From: an uncultured Eubacteriales bacterium
GTDB lineage: Bacteria > Acidobacteriota > Aminicenantia > Aminicenantales > Saccharicenantaceae
Direction of reading: 5' to 3'
NCBI GenBank assembly: GCA_964652895.1
Contig: CAZZCH010000001.1
Location: 4,814 to 68,813, forward strand
DNA length: 64,000 nt
This document shows positions 1 through 9,182 of this stretch, piece by piece; position 1 is the stretch's first letter, and each line of letters opens with the position of its first letter. Position numbers and translations under genes: made by a program. Under the pieces are notes generated by a model that did no database searches, was not told where the DNA came from, and saw nothing but the letters and a program-made list of their open reading frames with translations.

Positions 1-786
1 CCGGACGCGGACCGAAAGGAGCTTCTGCATGAGCCGCCGCATCACCGCGGGGTCGTCGTTGACGCCCTTGAGCAGCACGGTCTGGTTCCCCAACGGGATA
101 CCGGCGTCGGCCAGCATATTCAGGGCGCGCGACGATTCCGGCGTGATCTCGTCGGGGTGGTTGAAATGGACGTTCACGTAGAGCGGGTGGTACTTCTTGA
201 GCATGGCCACGAGCTTTTCGGTGATCCGTTGAGGCAGGACGCACGGGACGCGCGTTCCGATGCGGATGATCTCGACGTGAGGGATGGCCCGGACGGCCTT
301 GACGATCGCCTCGAGCTTGCGGTCGCTCAACATGAGCGGGTCGCCGCCCGAGATGACGACGTCCCGGATCTCTGAATGGTCCCGGATGTAGGCCAGGCCG
401 TCCCCGATGTAGCGGGGGTGGATCTTCGACGGATCTCCGACCATCCGCTTCCGGGTGCAGAAGCGGCAATACGAAGCGCAACTGTGCGAAACCAGGAAGA
501 GGCAGCGGTCGGGGTAGCGGTGGACGATGCTCGGCACGGGCGAATCCTCGTCCTCGAGGAGGGGGTCCGCTTCCCCGGTGTTTTCCCGGAGTTCGGCCGT
601 GTCGGGCACCATCTGGCGCCACAACGCGTCGCCGCGCTCCTTGATCAGGCCGGCGTAATACGGCGTGATCTGGATCTTAAAAACGCGGGCGATCCGGCGG
701 ACGTCCTCGACGTCCAACCCGAAACGTTGGGCGATCTCCTCCGGTTTCCGGAGACTGCCCTGAAGCAATCGTTGCCAGTCGTCCAT
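1..786 (-). CDS. kamA: L-lysine 2,3-aminomutase (radical SAM, KamA/AblA family). Partial: 3' end runs off the window start.
   Basis: I translated the minus strand myself. It reads MDDWQRLLQGSLRKPEEIAQ...ITPYY...SPVPSIVHRYPDRCLFLVSHSCASYCRFCTRKRMVGD...VISGGDPLM...HFNHPDEIT...GNQTVLLKGVND. The CxxxCxxC cluster and flanking motifs match lysine 2,3-aminomutase nearly position by position. The supplied ORF track misses it because there is no stop inside the window. ATG at 786. Confidence 0.85.
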   Translation of the reverse strand, partial: MDDWQRLLQGSLRKPEEIAQRFGLDVEDVRRIARVFKIQITPYYAGLIKERGDALWRQMVPDTAELRENTGEADPLLEDEDSPVPSIVHRYPDRCLFLVSHSCASYCRFCTRKRMVGDPSKIHPRYIGDGLAYIRDHSEIRDVVISGGDPLMLSDRKLEAIVKAVRAIPHVEIIRIGTRVPCVLPQRITEKLVAMLKKYHPLYVNVHFNHPDEITPESSRALNMLADAGIPLGNQTVLLKGVNDDPAVMRRLMQKLLSVRVR

Positions 787-803
787 CTCCTCTGTACTCC
801 TCG

Positions 804-1277
804 TCAACGGAAATATTTCGCGTATATGACGCGGTCGTCCCCGGCCCGGTAATAATCCGGGACCCGGGCGACTTCCTTATAGTCAAAATCGATGTAAAAC
901 TGTCGCGTGCCGCGGTACTTCGGCTGCGACGACGTCTCGATAATGATCATCCGGCCGGCGAGCCGCCGGACCTCGTCCTCGACCCAGCGGATGAGCGCCT
1001 TGCCCCGCCCCCGGCCCTGCTCGCTCGGCGCGACGGCCATCCAATAAATGTCATAGGCGTCCTCGGCCAGCGGCGTCGGTCCCCAGGTCATATAGCCCAC
1101 AGCGTCCTTCCGGTCGTTCTCGGTGACGACGATGCGATAGTCCTTCTGCTCCGGATCCTCGAGATAGACGTCGATGAGCTCCTCGGCCACGTCGACCTCG
1201 GCGGGCGTGAAAAAGCCGGTCGCCCGGATGAGGTCCATGACCGGCCCCTTATCACGCAGTTCCATCGGCCGGATCAC
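804..1277 (-). CDS. GNAT family N-acetyltransferase, a candidate beta-lysine N-acetyltransferase (AblB/YodP-like by context)
   Basis: 157 aa with an acetyl-CoA binding motif (QGRGRGKALIRWVEDEV). It lies immediately upstream of kamA in the same orientation. GTG start at 1277 with a GAAAGG SD. An alternative ATG is at 1265. Confidence 0.7.
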   Translation of the reverse strand: MIRPMELRDKGPVMDLIRATGFFTPAEVDVAEELIDVYLEDPEQKDYRIVVTENDRKDAVGYMTWGPTPLAEDAYDIYWMAVAPSEQGRGRGKALIRWVEDEVRRLAGRMIIIETSSQPKYRGTRQFYIDFDYKEVARVPDYYRAGDDRVIYAKYFR

Positions 1278-2283
1278 GGACGACCTTTCTCTTCATGGCA
1301 TTGTCGATCATCGTGCCCCAAAACGAGGCGTAGGCGATCCCGGCCGCTTTGAGGGCCCGGGCGTAGCCGGCGTTGGTGCTGATGTCGGGATTCGGATTGA
1401 CTTCGAGGATGAACGGCCGGCCCTTGGCGTCCATCCGGAAGTCGATCCGGGCATAGTCCCGGCAGCCCATGATCCGGAACGCGTCGGCGGCCAAACCCTG
1501 GAGCTTGGCGCGAAGATCTTCGTCGATGGGCGCCGGGCAGACCGGGGGAGTCTTCTGATAGAGCGGATCGTCTTCGAACCACTTGGCTTCGTAACCCAGG
1601 ATGCGCGGCAGGCCCTTGGGCATGGCCGAGAAGTCGATCTCGGAGACCGGCAGGGGTGTCACGGCGCCGTTCTCCAGGACCGAGACGTTGAACTCCCGGC
1701 CGTCGATGAACGCTTCGGCGAGGACCGGCTGCTTGTAATTATCGAGACAGCGCCAGACCTGGCGGCGGAAGGCCTCCTCGTCACGGACGACGGAGTCCGG
1801 GTAGATGCCCAGGCTGGCGTCCTCGGTGTTCGGCTTGACGATGAGGGGGAATTTCAGCTCGAGGGGCTCCTCCCCCGTCAACATGAGCTGGGCCGGAGCC
1901 GTCGGCAGGCCGGCCGCGCGCAGGACGGCCTTGGCCTTGAACTTGTCCTGGCAAAAGGCCAGGGTCTTGGATGTGCTCCCGGTGAACGTGAGGCCGAGGA
2001 GCTCGAAGATGCCGGCGACATTCGACTCCCACTGCGGCCGGCCGTAATACCCTTCGCAGAGGTTGATCAGGGCGTCCGGGTTGAGCTCCCGGACCCGCCC
2101 CAGGAAATGGAGGAGGCTCTTCTGGAGCGGAATGAGCGTCACGTTGTAGCCGCCGGTGCGGATGGCGTCGTGGGCTTGCTGGGCCATCTCGGCCACGGAC
2201 TCTTCGGATAGACGTTCCCCCATCGCCGTCGGTCTCGGTTCGTAGGCGTTGAAGACGATGGCTATGTTAGGGGCAGGAGTCAT
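1252..2283 (-). CDS. ATP-grasp ligase, D-alanine--D-alanine ligase-like (copy 2)
   Basis: 343 aa. Ddl-family hallmarks: N-terminal CQDKFKAK, a central ATP-grasp fold, and C-terminal ARIDFRMD...ILEVNPNPD. The ATGA overlap with the upstream paralog suggests translational coupling. Confidence 0.75.
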   Translation of the reverse strand: MTPAPNIAIVFNAYEPRPTAMGERLSEESVAEMAQQAHDAIRTGGYNVTLIPLQKSLLHFLGRVRELNPDALINLCEGYYGRPQWESNVAGIFELLGLTFTGSTSKTLAFCQDKFKAKAVLRAAGLPTAPAQLMLTGEEPLELKFPLIVKPNTEDASLGIYPDSVVRDEEAFRRQVWRCLDNYKQPVLAEAFIDGREFNVSVLENGAVTPLPVSEIDFSAMPKGLPRILGYEAKWFEDDPLYQKTPPVCPAPIDEDLRAKLQGLAADAFRIMGCRDYARIDFRMDAKGRPFILEVNPNPDISTNAGYARALKAAGIAYASFWGTMIDNAMKRKVVRDPADGTA

Positions 2284-3389
2284 GCACGATCCGCGTGGAC
2301 CACCGGCCGCTCGCTCGCCGCGGGCCGGATGCGCGTGGGACGGAGGCCGTACCGTTTCGAGGCCTCCTCGACGACCTTGTGGATCAGGTCCGAATAGGAA
2401 TACCCGGCCGTCCGGGCCGCCTTGGGCAGACAGGAATTATCCTCGGGATTGGGTAGGATGCCCGGCAGCGGATTGACTTCGAGGATGTTGGGTTCCCCTT
2501 TTTCGTCGAGCCTGATGTCGACACGGCACCAGTCCCGGATGCGGAGCACGGCGCAGGTCCGTGTGATGTAGCTCTCAATCTTGGCCTTGAGCACGGGGCT
2601 GACGGGCGCCGGGCACTTGAAGATTTTCAGGGGTTTCTCCCGCGTGTCCCAGATCCACTTCGCTTCGTAGGAATAGATCGGCGCCGCCCCGGAGGGCAGC
2701 TGGCTGTGATCGATCTCTACGATGGGTAGGATCTCGTGGTTTGGCGTGTTGCCGAGGACGCCGACGGTGAACTCGCGGCCGGATAGGAAGCGCTCGACGA
2801 TGACCGGCTGGTTGTAGGTCGCAATGACCTCCTCCACGCGCTCGTAGAGGTCGCCCAGGGTCTGGATGAGGGAGTTGTTCTTGATGCCTTTGCTCGATCC
2901 CTCGAAGAGCGGCTTGACGATGGCCGGGAGACGGACGCCGGACGGGATGTCGGCCGCGGACTCGACGATCCAGAAAGCCGGGTTCGGGATCCTGTGGTAG
3001 GACAGGATCTCCTTGGCCCGCGACTTGTCGAGGCAGAGCCCGAGGGTCAGCGGGTCGGAGCCGGTGTACGGGATGTCCAGCATCTCGCAGATCGTCGGGA
3101 TGTGGGACTCGCGGTTCGGGCCGACGACGCGTTCGGCGATGTTGAAGACGAGATGGGGGCGCTGGCGCTTCAGGCGCGCGTAGGCCTTCTCATCGGACTC
3201 GATGAAAACAACTTGGTGCCGTTCCTGGAGCACCCGCCCGACGGCCGCGATCGTTTCTTCCGAATCGCATTCCGCGAGCAGATCGACTGGCGATGGGGGT
3301 TCGTCTTCCTCGTCGCGTCGTTCGTCGGGGCGATGAGAGAGCGTCGCTTCCATCCCCTCTTTCGAACTGAAAAGCAATGCTACTTTCAT
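2280..3389 (-). CDS. ATP-grasp ligase, D-alanine--D-alanine ligase-like (copy 1)
   Basis: 369 aa. Motifs: CLDKSRAKEIL, VKPLFEGSSKGI, CRVDIRLDEKGEPNILEVNPLPG. It is a paralog of 1252..2283. AAGGA SD upstream of the ATG at 3389. Confidence 0.75.
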   Translation of the reverse strand: MKVALLFSSKEGMEATLSHRPDERRDEEDEPPSPVDLLAECDSEETIAAVGRVLQERHQVVFIESDEKAYARLKRQRPHLVFNIAERVVGPNRESHIPTICEMLDIPYTGSDPLTLGLCLDKSRAKEILSYHRIPNPAFWIVESAADIPSGVRLPAIVKPLFEGSSKGIKNNSLIQTLGDLYERVEEVIATYNQPVIVERFLSGREFTVGVLGNTPNHEILPIVEIDHSQLPSGAAPIYSYEAKWIWDTREKPLKIFKCPAPVSPVLKAKIESYITRTCAVLRIRDWCRVDIRLDEKGEPNILEVNPLPGILPNPEDNSCLPKAARTAGYSYSDLIHKVVEEASKRYGLRPTRIRPAASERPVVHADRA

Positions 3390-3671
3390 CGCTCGATTCC
3401 TTCTTTCATCTCATGCCTTCAGATTTTTTGATGGCCGTGATCACTTTATTCATTTTCATTTATAGACCATTCTAACTAAATGTCAAGTTTTTTTCTCGCC
3501 GATCGACCACTTTTATTTGTAGGACGAAGAACAGTCCACACCATTAGTAGTGTCGTTTCGTCCCGTCGTGCGCGTTTCTCAAAACCGCCGGATCCCCCAA
3601 ATGACAAAGAAGAACAGCACGGAACCGGCGGCGTGGCGAGGGTGGAATTCATCGCGGGATACCGTTGATCT

Positions 3672-4922
3672 TTACCTGAAAAAAAGGAGAGTGGTGACAA
3701 CGTAGAGCGGGATGAGGATGGCGAAGGAGTAGGCCATATAGCCGAAGAACGAGGGCATCTTCAGTTTGTATTCCTCGGCGATGACCTTGACCATGAAGTT
3801 CGGGCCGTTGCCGATGTAGGAGTTGGCGCCCATGAAGACGGCACCGGCGCTCATCGCCTTGAGGAAGATCGTTGGGATGCCCATCACGTCGCCGTTGAGG
3901 CCGAGGCCCTGTCCCATGGAGAAGAAAGCCAGATAGGTCGGCGTGTTGTCGAGGAAGGACGAGAGGCAGCCCGTGGCCCAGAAGAACTGCCACGGTCGGG
4001 TGATGCCGAGCGCCGCCGCCCGGGCGTTGAGGATGAGCAGGGCCGGCACCATCGTGATGAAAATGCCGGCGAAGAGGATGGCCACCTCCAGAATGGGGTT
4101 GTAGTTGAACTTGTTGTCGGCCCGGCACTGGCGCTTGGTCGTCAGCAGGGACGTGACGGACATGAGGATGAAGACGCCTTCGCGGCGCGGGAAAGGCAGG
4201 AACATACCGGCGATGACCCCGGCGATCCAGAGGAAGTTGATGGTCCCAGTCATGTGCAGGGGGACGACGCGGCGCCGGTCGCGGATGAGGTCGCGGCTCT
4301 CTTCCTTACGGTACTGCAAGCTGTCGAAGAGGTAGAACATCAGCAGCACACCGCCGACCATGACGGCCCACATGGGCAAAAGCCGGAGGGTCCAGAAGAA
4401 CGGCACGCCCTTGATGAAGCCCATGAAGAGCGGCGGATCGCCGAGCGGCGTCAGCAGGCCGCCGATGTTGGAGACGAGGAAGATAAAGAAGATCGGAACG
4501 TGGAGCGTATGCCGGCGCTCGGAGTTCGTCTGGAGGAGCGGCCGGATGAGGAGCATGCTCGCCCCGGTCGTACCGATGAAGTTGGCCAGGACGGCGCCGA
4601 CAAGGAGGAACAGCGTGTTGACCTCGGGGGTCGCTTTGAGGTCTCCCTTGAGGACGATGCCGCCGGAGATGATGAACAGGGCCGTGAGAAGGAGGAGAAA
4701 GGAAGCGTAGTCCTTCATCGACAGGACGAGTTCGTGCGGTGCCTGGAACAGAAAGTAGACCGCTATGGGCAGGGACCACAGGAAGGCGACGAGGGCCTTG
4801 TTCTTGTGGTTCTCCCAGAAGTGCGGCGCGCGGAGAGGAAGGAAGGCGATGGACAACAGAAGTCCCGCGAACGGGACTACGGCCCACAGCGACAGCGATT
4901 GACCGAGTTCATGCGCGTTCAT
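3672..4922 (-). CDS. ArsB/NhaD-superfamily permease (putative Na+/H+ antiporter NhaD-like)
   Basis: 416 aa polytopic membrane protein. It has repeated halves with the GxxP / NTPTYLAF-type motifs typical of the ArsB/NhaD ion-transporter superfamily. Confidence 0.6.
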   Translation of the reverse strand: MNAHELGQSLSLWAVVPFAGLLLSIAFLPLRAPHFWENHKNKALVAFLWSLPIAVYFLFQAPHELVLSMKDYASFLLLLTALFIISGGIVLKGDLKATPEVNTLFLLVGAVLANFIGTTGASMLLIRPLLQTNSERRHTLHVPIFFIFLVSNIGGLLTPLGDPPLFMGFIKGVPFFWTLRLLPMWAVMVGGVLLMFYLFDSLQYRKEESRDLIRDRRRVVPLHMTGTINFLWIAGVIAGMFLPFPRREGVFILMSVTSLLTTKRQCRADNKFNYNPILEVAILFAGIFITMVPALLILNARAAALGITRPWQFFWATGCLSSFLDNTPTYLAFFSMGQGLGLNGDVMGIPTIFLKAMSAGAVFMGANSYIGNGPNFMVKVIAEEYKLKMPSFFGYMAYSFAILIPLYVVTTLLFFR

Positions 4923-4999
4923 GAGATTCGTATTGTAGCGGAAGAGCAGTTTTTTTCAAGAGAAATCGGGGACCCCATGTTCCCCCCCCTATCGGACAC

Positions 5000-5860
5000 T
5001 CACGGCATAAAAGCCGTGGAGAGAAAGTACGCCCGCGCCGGCACCTTCCGTCTCGCCGCGCGCGTTTCGATGGGACGAAGCAGGGACCGATCGTCGCTCG
5101 GCGGCGTCAGGAAGAGGAGTGCCGCGCCCGCGGTCCAAAGTTCTTCGAGGACCTCGAGCGGCAGGCCGCGCTCGACGCGGACGACGGCCCGGACTCCGGC
5201 CGCCGCGCCGGCGCGGGCGGTCCCGGCAGCGAGCCCGGCCCATGTCTCCTCCGCGGAACCGCCGTCGGTCAGATGGACCCATGCGCCCCGGCCCGCCGGC
5301 GCACCGAGCTCCGGCGCGAGCGGTCCATGATGGTAATAGACGAAATAGCCCCGGCCGGATCTTGACGCGGCCGCGAGCTCGGCCAGGAGTACGAGGTCGC
5401 GCCGCGCGTTCAGGTTCGAAACGTGGAAATCCATCCCTCGCGCCAGAAGGTCCTCGAGCGTTTGGAGGGGAATACCGCCGGTTCCCTCCGCCGACGGAAG
5501 CGGGCCGTTCCAGAACACCGACAAGAACGTCCGGGAAGTCCGGCAGGCTTCGAGGAGGATCTGCCATTCGTCGGCCCGCGGACGGGCTTCATCCGAAGTG
5601 AGGACGCGGACGCCCTCGCCAACGAGGGCTTCGAGATCGGTGAGGCCTAGCCGACCGGTGTCGAGCAGGCTCAGCCGGATGCGCCGGCGCCGACCGTAGC
5701 GGGCCGCGTCGAGCAGGGCTTCGTAGTCGAACTGGTCGTCGCGGATGACGAGGTCCTGCCGCGTCCGGACGCGGTCGAGGAGTTCGTAGGTCCCGACGAC
5801 CCCGGCGATACCCTTTTCGATCGGATGTTCACTCATTTTTCGAATTTCAAGATATACCAT
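5000..5860 (-). CDS. hypothetical protein
   Basis: 286-aa ORF in the same orientation as the downstream permease. Codon bias is coding-like. I recognise no motif. Confidence 0.4.
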   Translation of the reverse strand: MVYLEIRKMSEHPIEKGIAGVVGTYELLDRVRTRQDLVIRDDQFDYEALLDAARYGRRRRIRLSLLDTGRLGLTDLEALVGEGVRVLTSDEARPRADEWQILLEACRTSRTFLSVFWNGPLPSAEGTGGIPLQTLEDLLARGMDFHVSNLNARRDLVLLAELAAASRSGRGYFVYYHHGPLAPELGAPAGRGAWVHLTDGGSAEETWAGLAAGTARAGAAAGVRAVVRVERGLPLEVLEELWTAGAALLFLTPPSDDRSLLRPIETRAARRKVPARAYFLSTAFMP

Positions 5861-5951
5861 CCCGGCCCGGGGGTGTCAACCACACGTCAACTGCGGTCGT
5901 ATTGAAAATCCGGGCCGGCTCGATTATCATCGTGTTCGGAGGAAAGCCGCG

Positions 5952-6647
5952 GTGACATCCTGCATGGTCCTGTTTTCGGGCGGGCTCGATTCGACGACCG
6001 CCCTGGCCTGGGCCCGGACCCGCTATGACCGGGTCCACGCCCTGACCTTCGACTACGGCCAGCGGCACCGCGTCGAGGTCTCTCTCGCCCGGAAAGCCGC
6101 CCGCCGGTTGGGCGTCCCCTGTACCGTCCTCAAGGTCGACCTTCGGCAGATCGGCGGGTCGGCGCTGACCGACCCGCTCATCCCTCTCCCCCGCTCCACC
6201 CGGCCGCCGAAAAAGACGCCCGGCCCTCCGGCGACCTACGTCCCGTTCCGCAACGGGATCTTCCTCGCCCTGGCCGCGGCCTGGGCGGAGGCGCGCGGTG
6301 TCCAGGACCTCGTCTGCGGCTTCCATGTGGCCGACTCCCCCGACTATCCGGATACAACGCCGCGTTTCGTTCGGGCCATGGAGCGGGCCATCCGCGAGGG
6401 GACGAAGGCCGCTTTCGGCGGACCGCAATCGCGCGTCCGCGCGCCGCTTGTCGGCCTGGGCAAGACGGACATCATCCGGAACGGCCTGGCTCTCGGCGTC
6501 GACTATTCCTATTCGGTCTCCTGTTACTCCGGAAACGAGGCTCCCTGCGGGACCTGCTCGGCCTGTCGGCTTCGCGCCAGGGCCTGGAAGGCCGTCGGCC
6601 GCGAAGATCCCCTCCTCGTCCGTCTTCGAAAGGAAGGAAAACGATGA
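5952..6647 (+). CDS. queC: 7-cyano-7-deazaguanine synthase QueC
   Basis: N-terminal SGGLDS PP-loop and C-terminal CGTCSACRLR zinc motif. GTG at 5952 with a GGAGG SD; an alternative ATG is at 5964. Confidence 0.9.
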   Translation: MTSCMVLFSGGLDSTTALAWARTRYDRVHALTFDYGQRHRVEVSLARKAARRLGVPCTVLKVDLRQIGGSALTDPLIPLPRSTRPPKKTPGPPATYVPFRNGIFLALAAAWAEARGVQDLVCGFHVADSPDYPDTTPRFVRAMERAIREGTKAAFGGPQSRVRAPLVGLGKTDIIRNGLALGVDYSYSVSCYSGNEAPCGTCSACRLRARAWKAVGREDPLLVRLRKEGKR

Positions 6648-6991
6648 GCTGGACACTCAAGGTCCGTGACAAGTTCTCGGCCGCCCACTATCTCAAGGAA
6701 TACCGGGGCAAGTGCGAAAAGATCCACGGCCACACATTCCAGGTCGAGGTCGAGATCGCCGTCCGCGAGCTCGACCGGATCGGCATCGGAGTCGACTTCA
6801 TCGAGGTCAAGAAGGTCCTGGCCGCGGCGCTTCCTGACCATTCCCTTCTCAACGAGGTCTTCCCGTTCAATCCGTCCGCGGAGAACATCGCCCGCCATCT
6901 CTACGGCGAGCTAAAAAAAACCTACCCGGTCAAGGCGGTCACGGTCTGGGAATCCGAGGATGCGTCGGCCTCCTACGCTGAAGACGACTGA
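6644..6991 (+). CDS. queD: 6-carboxy-5,6,7,8-tetrahydropterin synthase QueD
   Basis: 115 aa with the CEKIHGHTF motif (PTPS/QueD family). ATGA overlap with queC. AGGAAGG SD. Confidence 0.85.
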   Translation: MSWTLKVRDKFSAAHYLKEYRGKCEKIHGHTFQVEVEIAVRELDRIGIGVDFIEVKKVLAAALPDHSLLNEVFPFNPSAENIARHLYGELKKTYPVKAVTVWESEDASASYAEDD

Positions 6992-7589
6992 GATCTTCGC
7001 CTCGGTCCAGGGCGAAGGCCTGCGCCAGGGCGAGCCGACGATCTTCGTCCGCCTCTCCGGATGCAACCGCCGCTGCGCCTTTTGCGACACGAAAAAGGCC
7101 TGGCGCGGCGGCCGGGAGATGCCGGTCGAAAGGATCGTGAAAGAAGTCCTCCGGCTCCGGCGCGGCTTCCCGGCCTCCTGGGTTTGCCTGACCGGGGGCG
7201 AGCCCCTGGCCCAAGACGTCCGCCCTCTCCTGCGGCGCCTCCACGAAACAGGACTCAAGGTCCAGGTCGAAACGAACGGAACGTTCCCCCCGGAACAAGG
7301 GGCGGATTGGATCACCGTATCGCCCAAGCCGCCGGATTATGACTTCCACCCCGGATTCCCGGAGCGGGCGCGCGAAGTGAAGCTCGTGGTTTGCCGGACG
7401 CTCACGCTCGACGCCGTCAGGAATGTGAGAAGATCCTTCCCTCGGGAGGTCCCCCTCATCCTTCAGCCGCAGTCGAACGCTCCCTGGAGCCGAAAAAAAG
7501 CCCTGAAGATCCTCGAAGACGCCTATCGGACGGGACTATCCAATATCCGCGTGTCCGTCCAACTCCACAAGGTCTACGGACTGCGCTAG
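6960..7589 (+). CDS. queE: 7-carboxy-7-deazaguanine synthase QueE (radical SAM)
   Basis: EIFASVQGEG...FVRLSGCNRRCAFCDT matches the QueE signature. It overlaps queD by 32 nt. The exact start is uncertain. Confidence 0.85.
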   Translation: MRRPPTLKTTEIFASVQGEGLRQGEPTIFVRLSGCNRRCAFCDTKKAWRGGREMPVERIVKEVLRLRRGFPASWVCLTGGEPLAQDVRPLLRRLHETGLKVQVETNGTFPPEQGADWITVSPKPPDYDFHPGFPERAREVKLVVCRTLTLDAVRNVRRSFPREVPLILQPQSNAPWSRKKALKILEDAYRTGLSNIRVSVQLHKVYGLR

Positions 7590-7673
7590 GCTGGTCCATT
7601 CATAACAACGCCGACTCGTCGGCTAATTTCAAGCTCGTCAAAGACAGCCCGGTGATTCTGTGAATAGAGCAGG

Positions 7674-8582
7674 CTAATCCGACTTGGCGGCGTCCAGGAC
7701 GTCGTTGCCCCGCTTCCGCTCGAAGAGCCTGTAGCCGGACCGCGTCAGGTAGACGCCGAACAAGGTGATGGCCGTGCCGACGGCCTGGAGCATGGTCAGC
7801 CGCTCGCCGAGCGCGACCCCCGCGAAGAGGATGGCCAGGACGGGGGTCAGGTTGCCGTAGACGCCCGTCTTGGAGCTCCCGACCGCCTTGACGGACTGGT
7901 ACCAGAGGACGAAACAGAGGAATATGGCCACCAGGCCGGAATACAGGATGGCCCCCCAGCCTTGCCAGGGGATCCGCGCCCAATCGACCGCGGCCAGCCC
8001 CTTCGCCGCGAACGGCAGATAGACCAGGGTCCCGGCGATCGTCCCGACGGCGGCCAAACGGAACGCCGAATTCCGCCCCAAGACCGGTTTCGAGAATACG
8101 GTGTAAGCGGCCCAGAAAGCGTTGGCGATGAGGATCATGACCGCCCCACCCATGACTTCCCAAGTCAAGACGAGACCCCCGTTCTCTCCGGAGACGACGA
8201 GAAGAAAGCCGGCCACGGAGATGGCGATGCCGGCCCATCCGGCAAGCGAGATCCGTTCTTTCCCGACCGCGGTGGCCAGTAGGGCGATGAAGATGGGGCT
8301 CGTCCCCATGACGACGGAGGCCGTCGATGCGTTCATCCGGGCCAGGGCCTGGATAAAAACGATCTGATAGCCCGTGATGCCCAACAGCCCGAGTCCGGCC
8401 GCCTTCCACCCATCCCCCTTCCGGGCCAGGGAGAACTTGCCCGGGCTCACCACGAGCACGGCCAGATAAGCGATCGAAGCCAGGGCCAGCCGGACGGCAT
8501 TGAAGCCGTGGGGCGGCATCGTCCTCAGTCCGATTTTTAGGACCGAGACGTTGATGGCCCAGAGCAGAACGGTCAGGAACAT
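7674..8582 (-). CDS. EamA/DMT-family transporter
   Basis: Ten predicted TM helices in two EamA-like halves. I place the start at the internal Met (MFLTVLLWAINVSVLKIGL) at 8582. The 353-aa ORF in the track carries a non-membrane N-terminal extension. Confidence 0.65.
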   Translation of the reverse strand: MFLTVLLWAINVSVLKIGLRTMPPHGFNAVRLALASIAYLAVLVVSPGKFSLARKGDGWKAAGLGLLGITGYQIVFIQALARMNASTASVVMGTSPIFIALLATAVGKERISLAGWAGIAISVAGFLLVVSGENGGLVLTWEVMGGAVMILIANAFWAAYTVFSKPVLGRNSAFRLAAVGTIAGTLVYLPFAAKGLAAVDWARIPWQGWGAILYSGLVAIFLCFVLWYQSVKAVGSSKTGVYGNLTPVLAILFAGVALGERLTMLQAVGTAITLFGVYLTRSGYRLFERKRGNDVLDAAKSD

Positions 8583-8783
8583 CAACAGGTCGGTCCGGCC
8601 CAACCGCGGGCCGTTCGTCGACACGCTCAACGCCGCCAATCCCGTTTTTTTTGAACGGGGTGGACGGGGCTCAAGTTCAACCCTGAGCATACCCGGGGCT
8701 TCGGACCGGAGATGCGAATGGGTTAGCTGGAACACTTCGGCTTTTCCTCGGGGGGGGAATTCGCGGAATGGCGAGAGCGGCCT

Positions 8784-9182
8784 TTAGCGCCCGCGGGTCC
8801 GGGGGCGGGGGTAACGGGCCTCGACGACCGACCGGAGTCCGCCGCGCGGGTTGAACTCGCCCCTGACAACGGCGCTCGACGGGCGGCAGGCCCGAACGAT
8901 GTCCTCGAGGACCCGGTTGACCACGTTCTCGTAGAAAATGCCCAGGTTGCGGTAGGCCAGGAAATACCCCTTCAGGGACTTGAGTTCGAGGACGCTTTTA
9001 GCGGGGACGTAGCGGAGGATGATCGTCCCGAAATCCGGCAGTCCCGTCTTGGGGCAGACCGAGGTGAACTCCGGGCACTCGATGGCGATCTCATAATTCG
9101 GGAACTGGTTGGGGAAGGTTTCGAGGGCCGGCAGTTTCGTCTTGAGGCCGGCCTCGGCCTCCCTGTCGATGTATCGCGCCAT
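8784..9182 (-). CDS. queF: NADPH-dependent 7-cyano-7-deazaguanine reductase QueF (type I)
   Basis: ECPEFTSVCPKTGLPDF, which includes the catalytic Cys, and the ELKSLKGYF QueF motif. ATG at 9182 preceded by a GAGGAG SD. The track ORF begins 4 codons upstream at a GTG. Confidence 0.85.
   Translation of the reverse strand: MARYIDREAEAGLKTKLPALETFPNQFPNYEIAIECPEFTSVCPKTGLPDFGTIILRYVPAKSVLELKSLKGYFLAYRNLGIFYENVVNRVLEDIVRACRPSSAVVRGEFNPRGGLRSVVEARYPRPRTRGR

Noticed and set aside
4254-5330. Long + strand ORF (358 aa) plus several others antisense to real genes. Examples: 1174..2211, 14686..15705, 16663..18117, 18473..19777, 21133..22212, 24155..25852, 25509..27593, 28004..29644, 30087..32291, 32949..34397, 34416..35738, 50987..52543, 52589..53587, 55055..56512, 59215..61164, 61662..62459.
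   Set aside because: These are typical stop-codon-poor antisense frames of GC-rich DNA. They are low-complexity and R/P/G/A-rich, with no motifs and no SD sites. The opposite strand in each case encodes a protein with clear family signatures.
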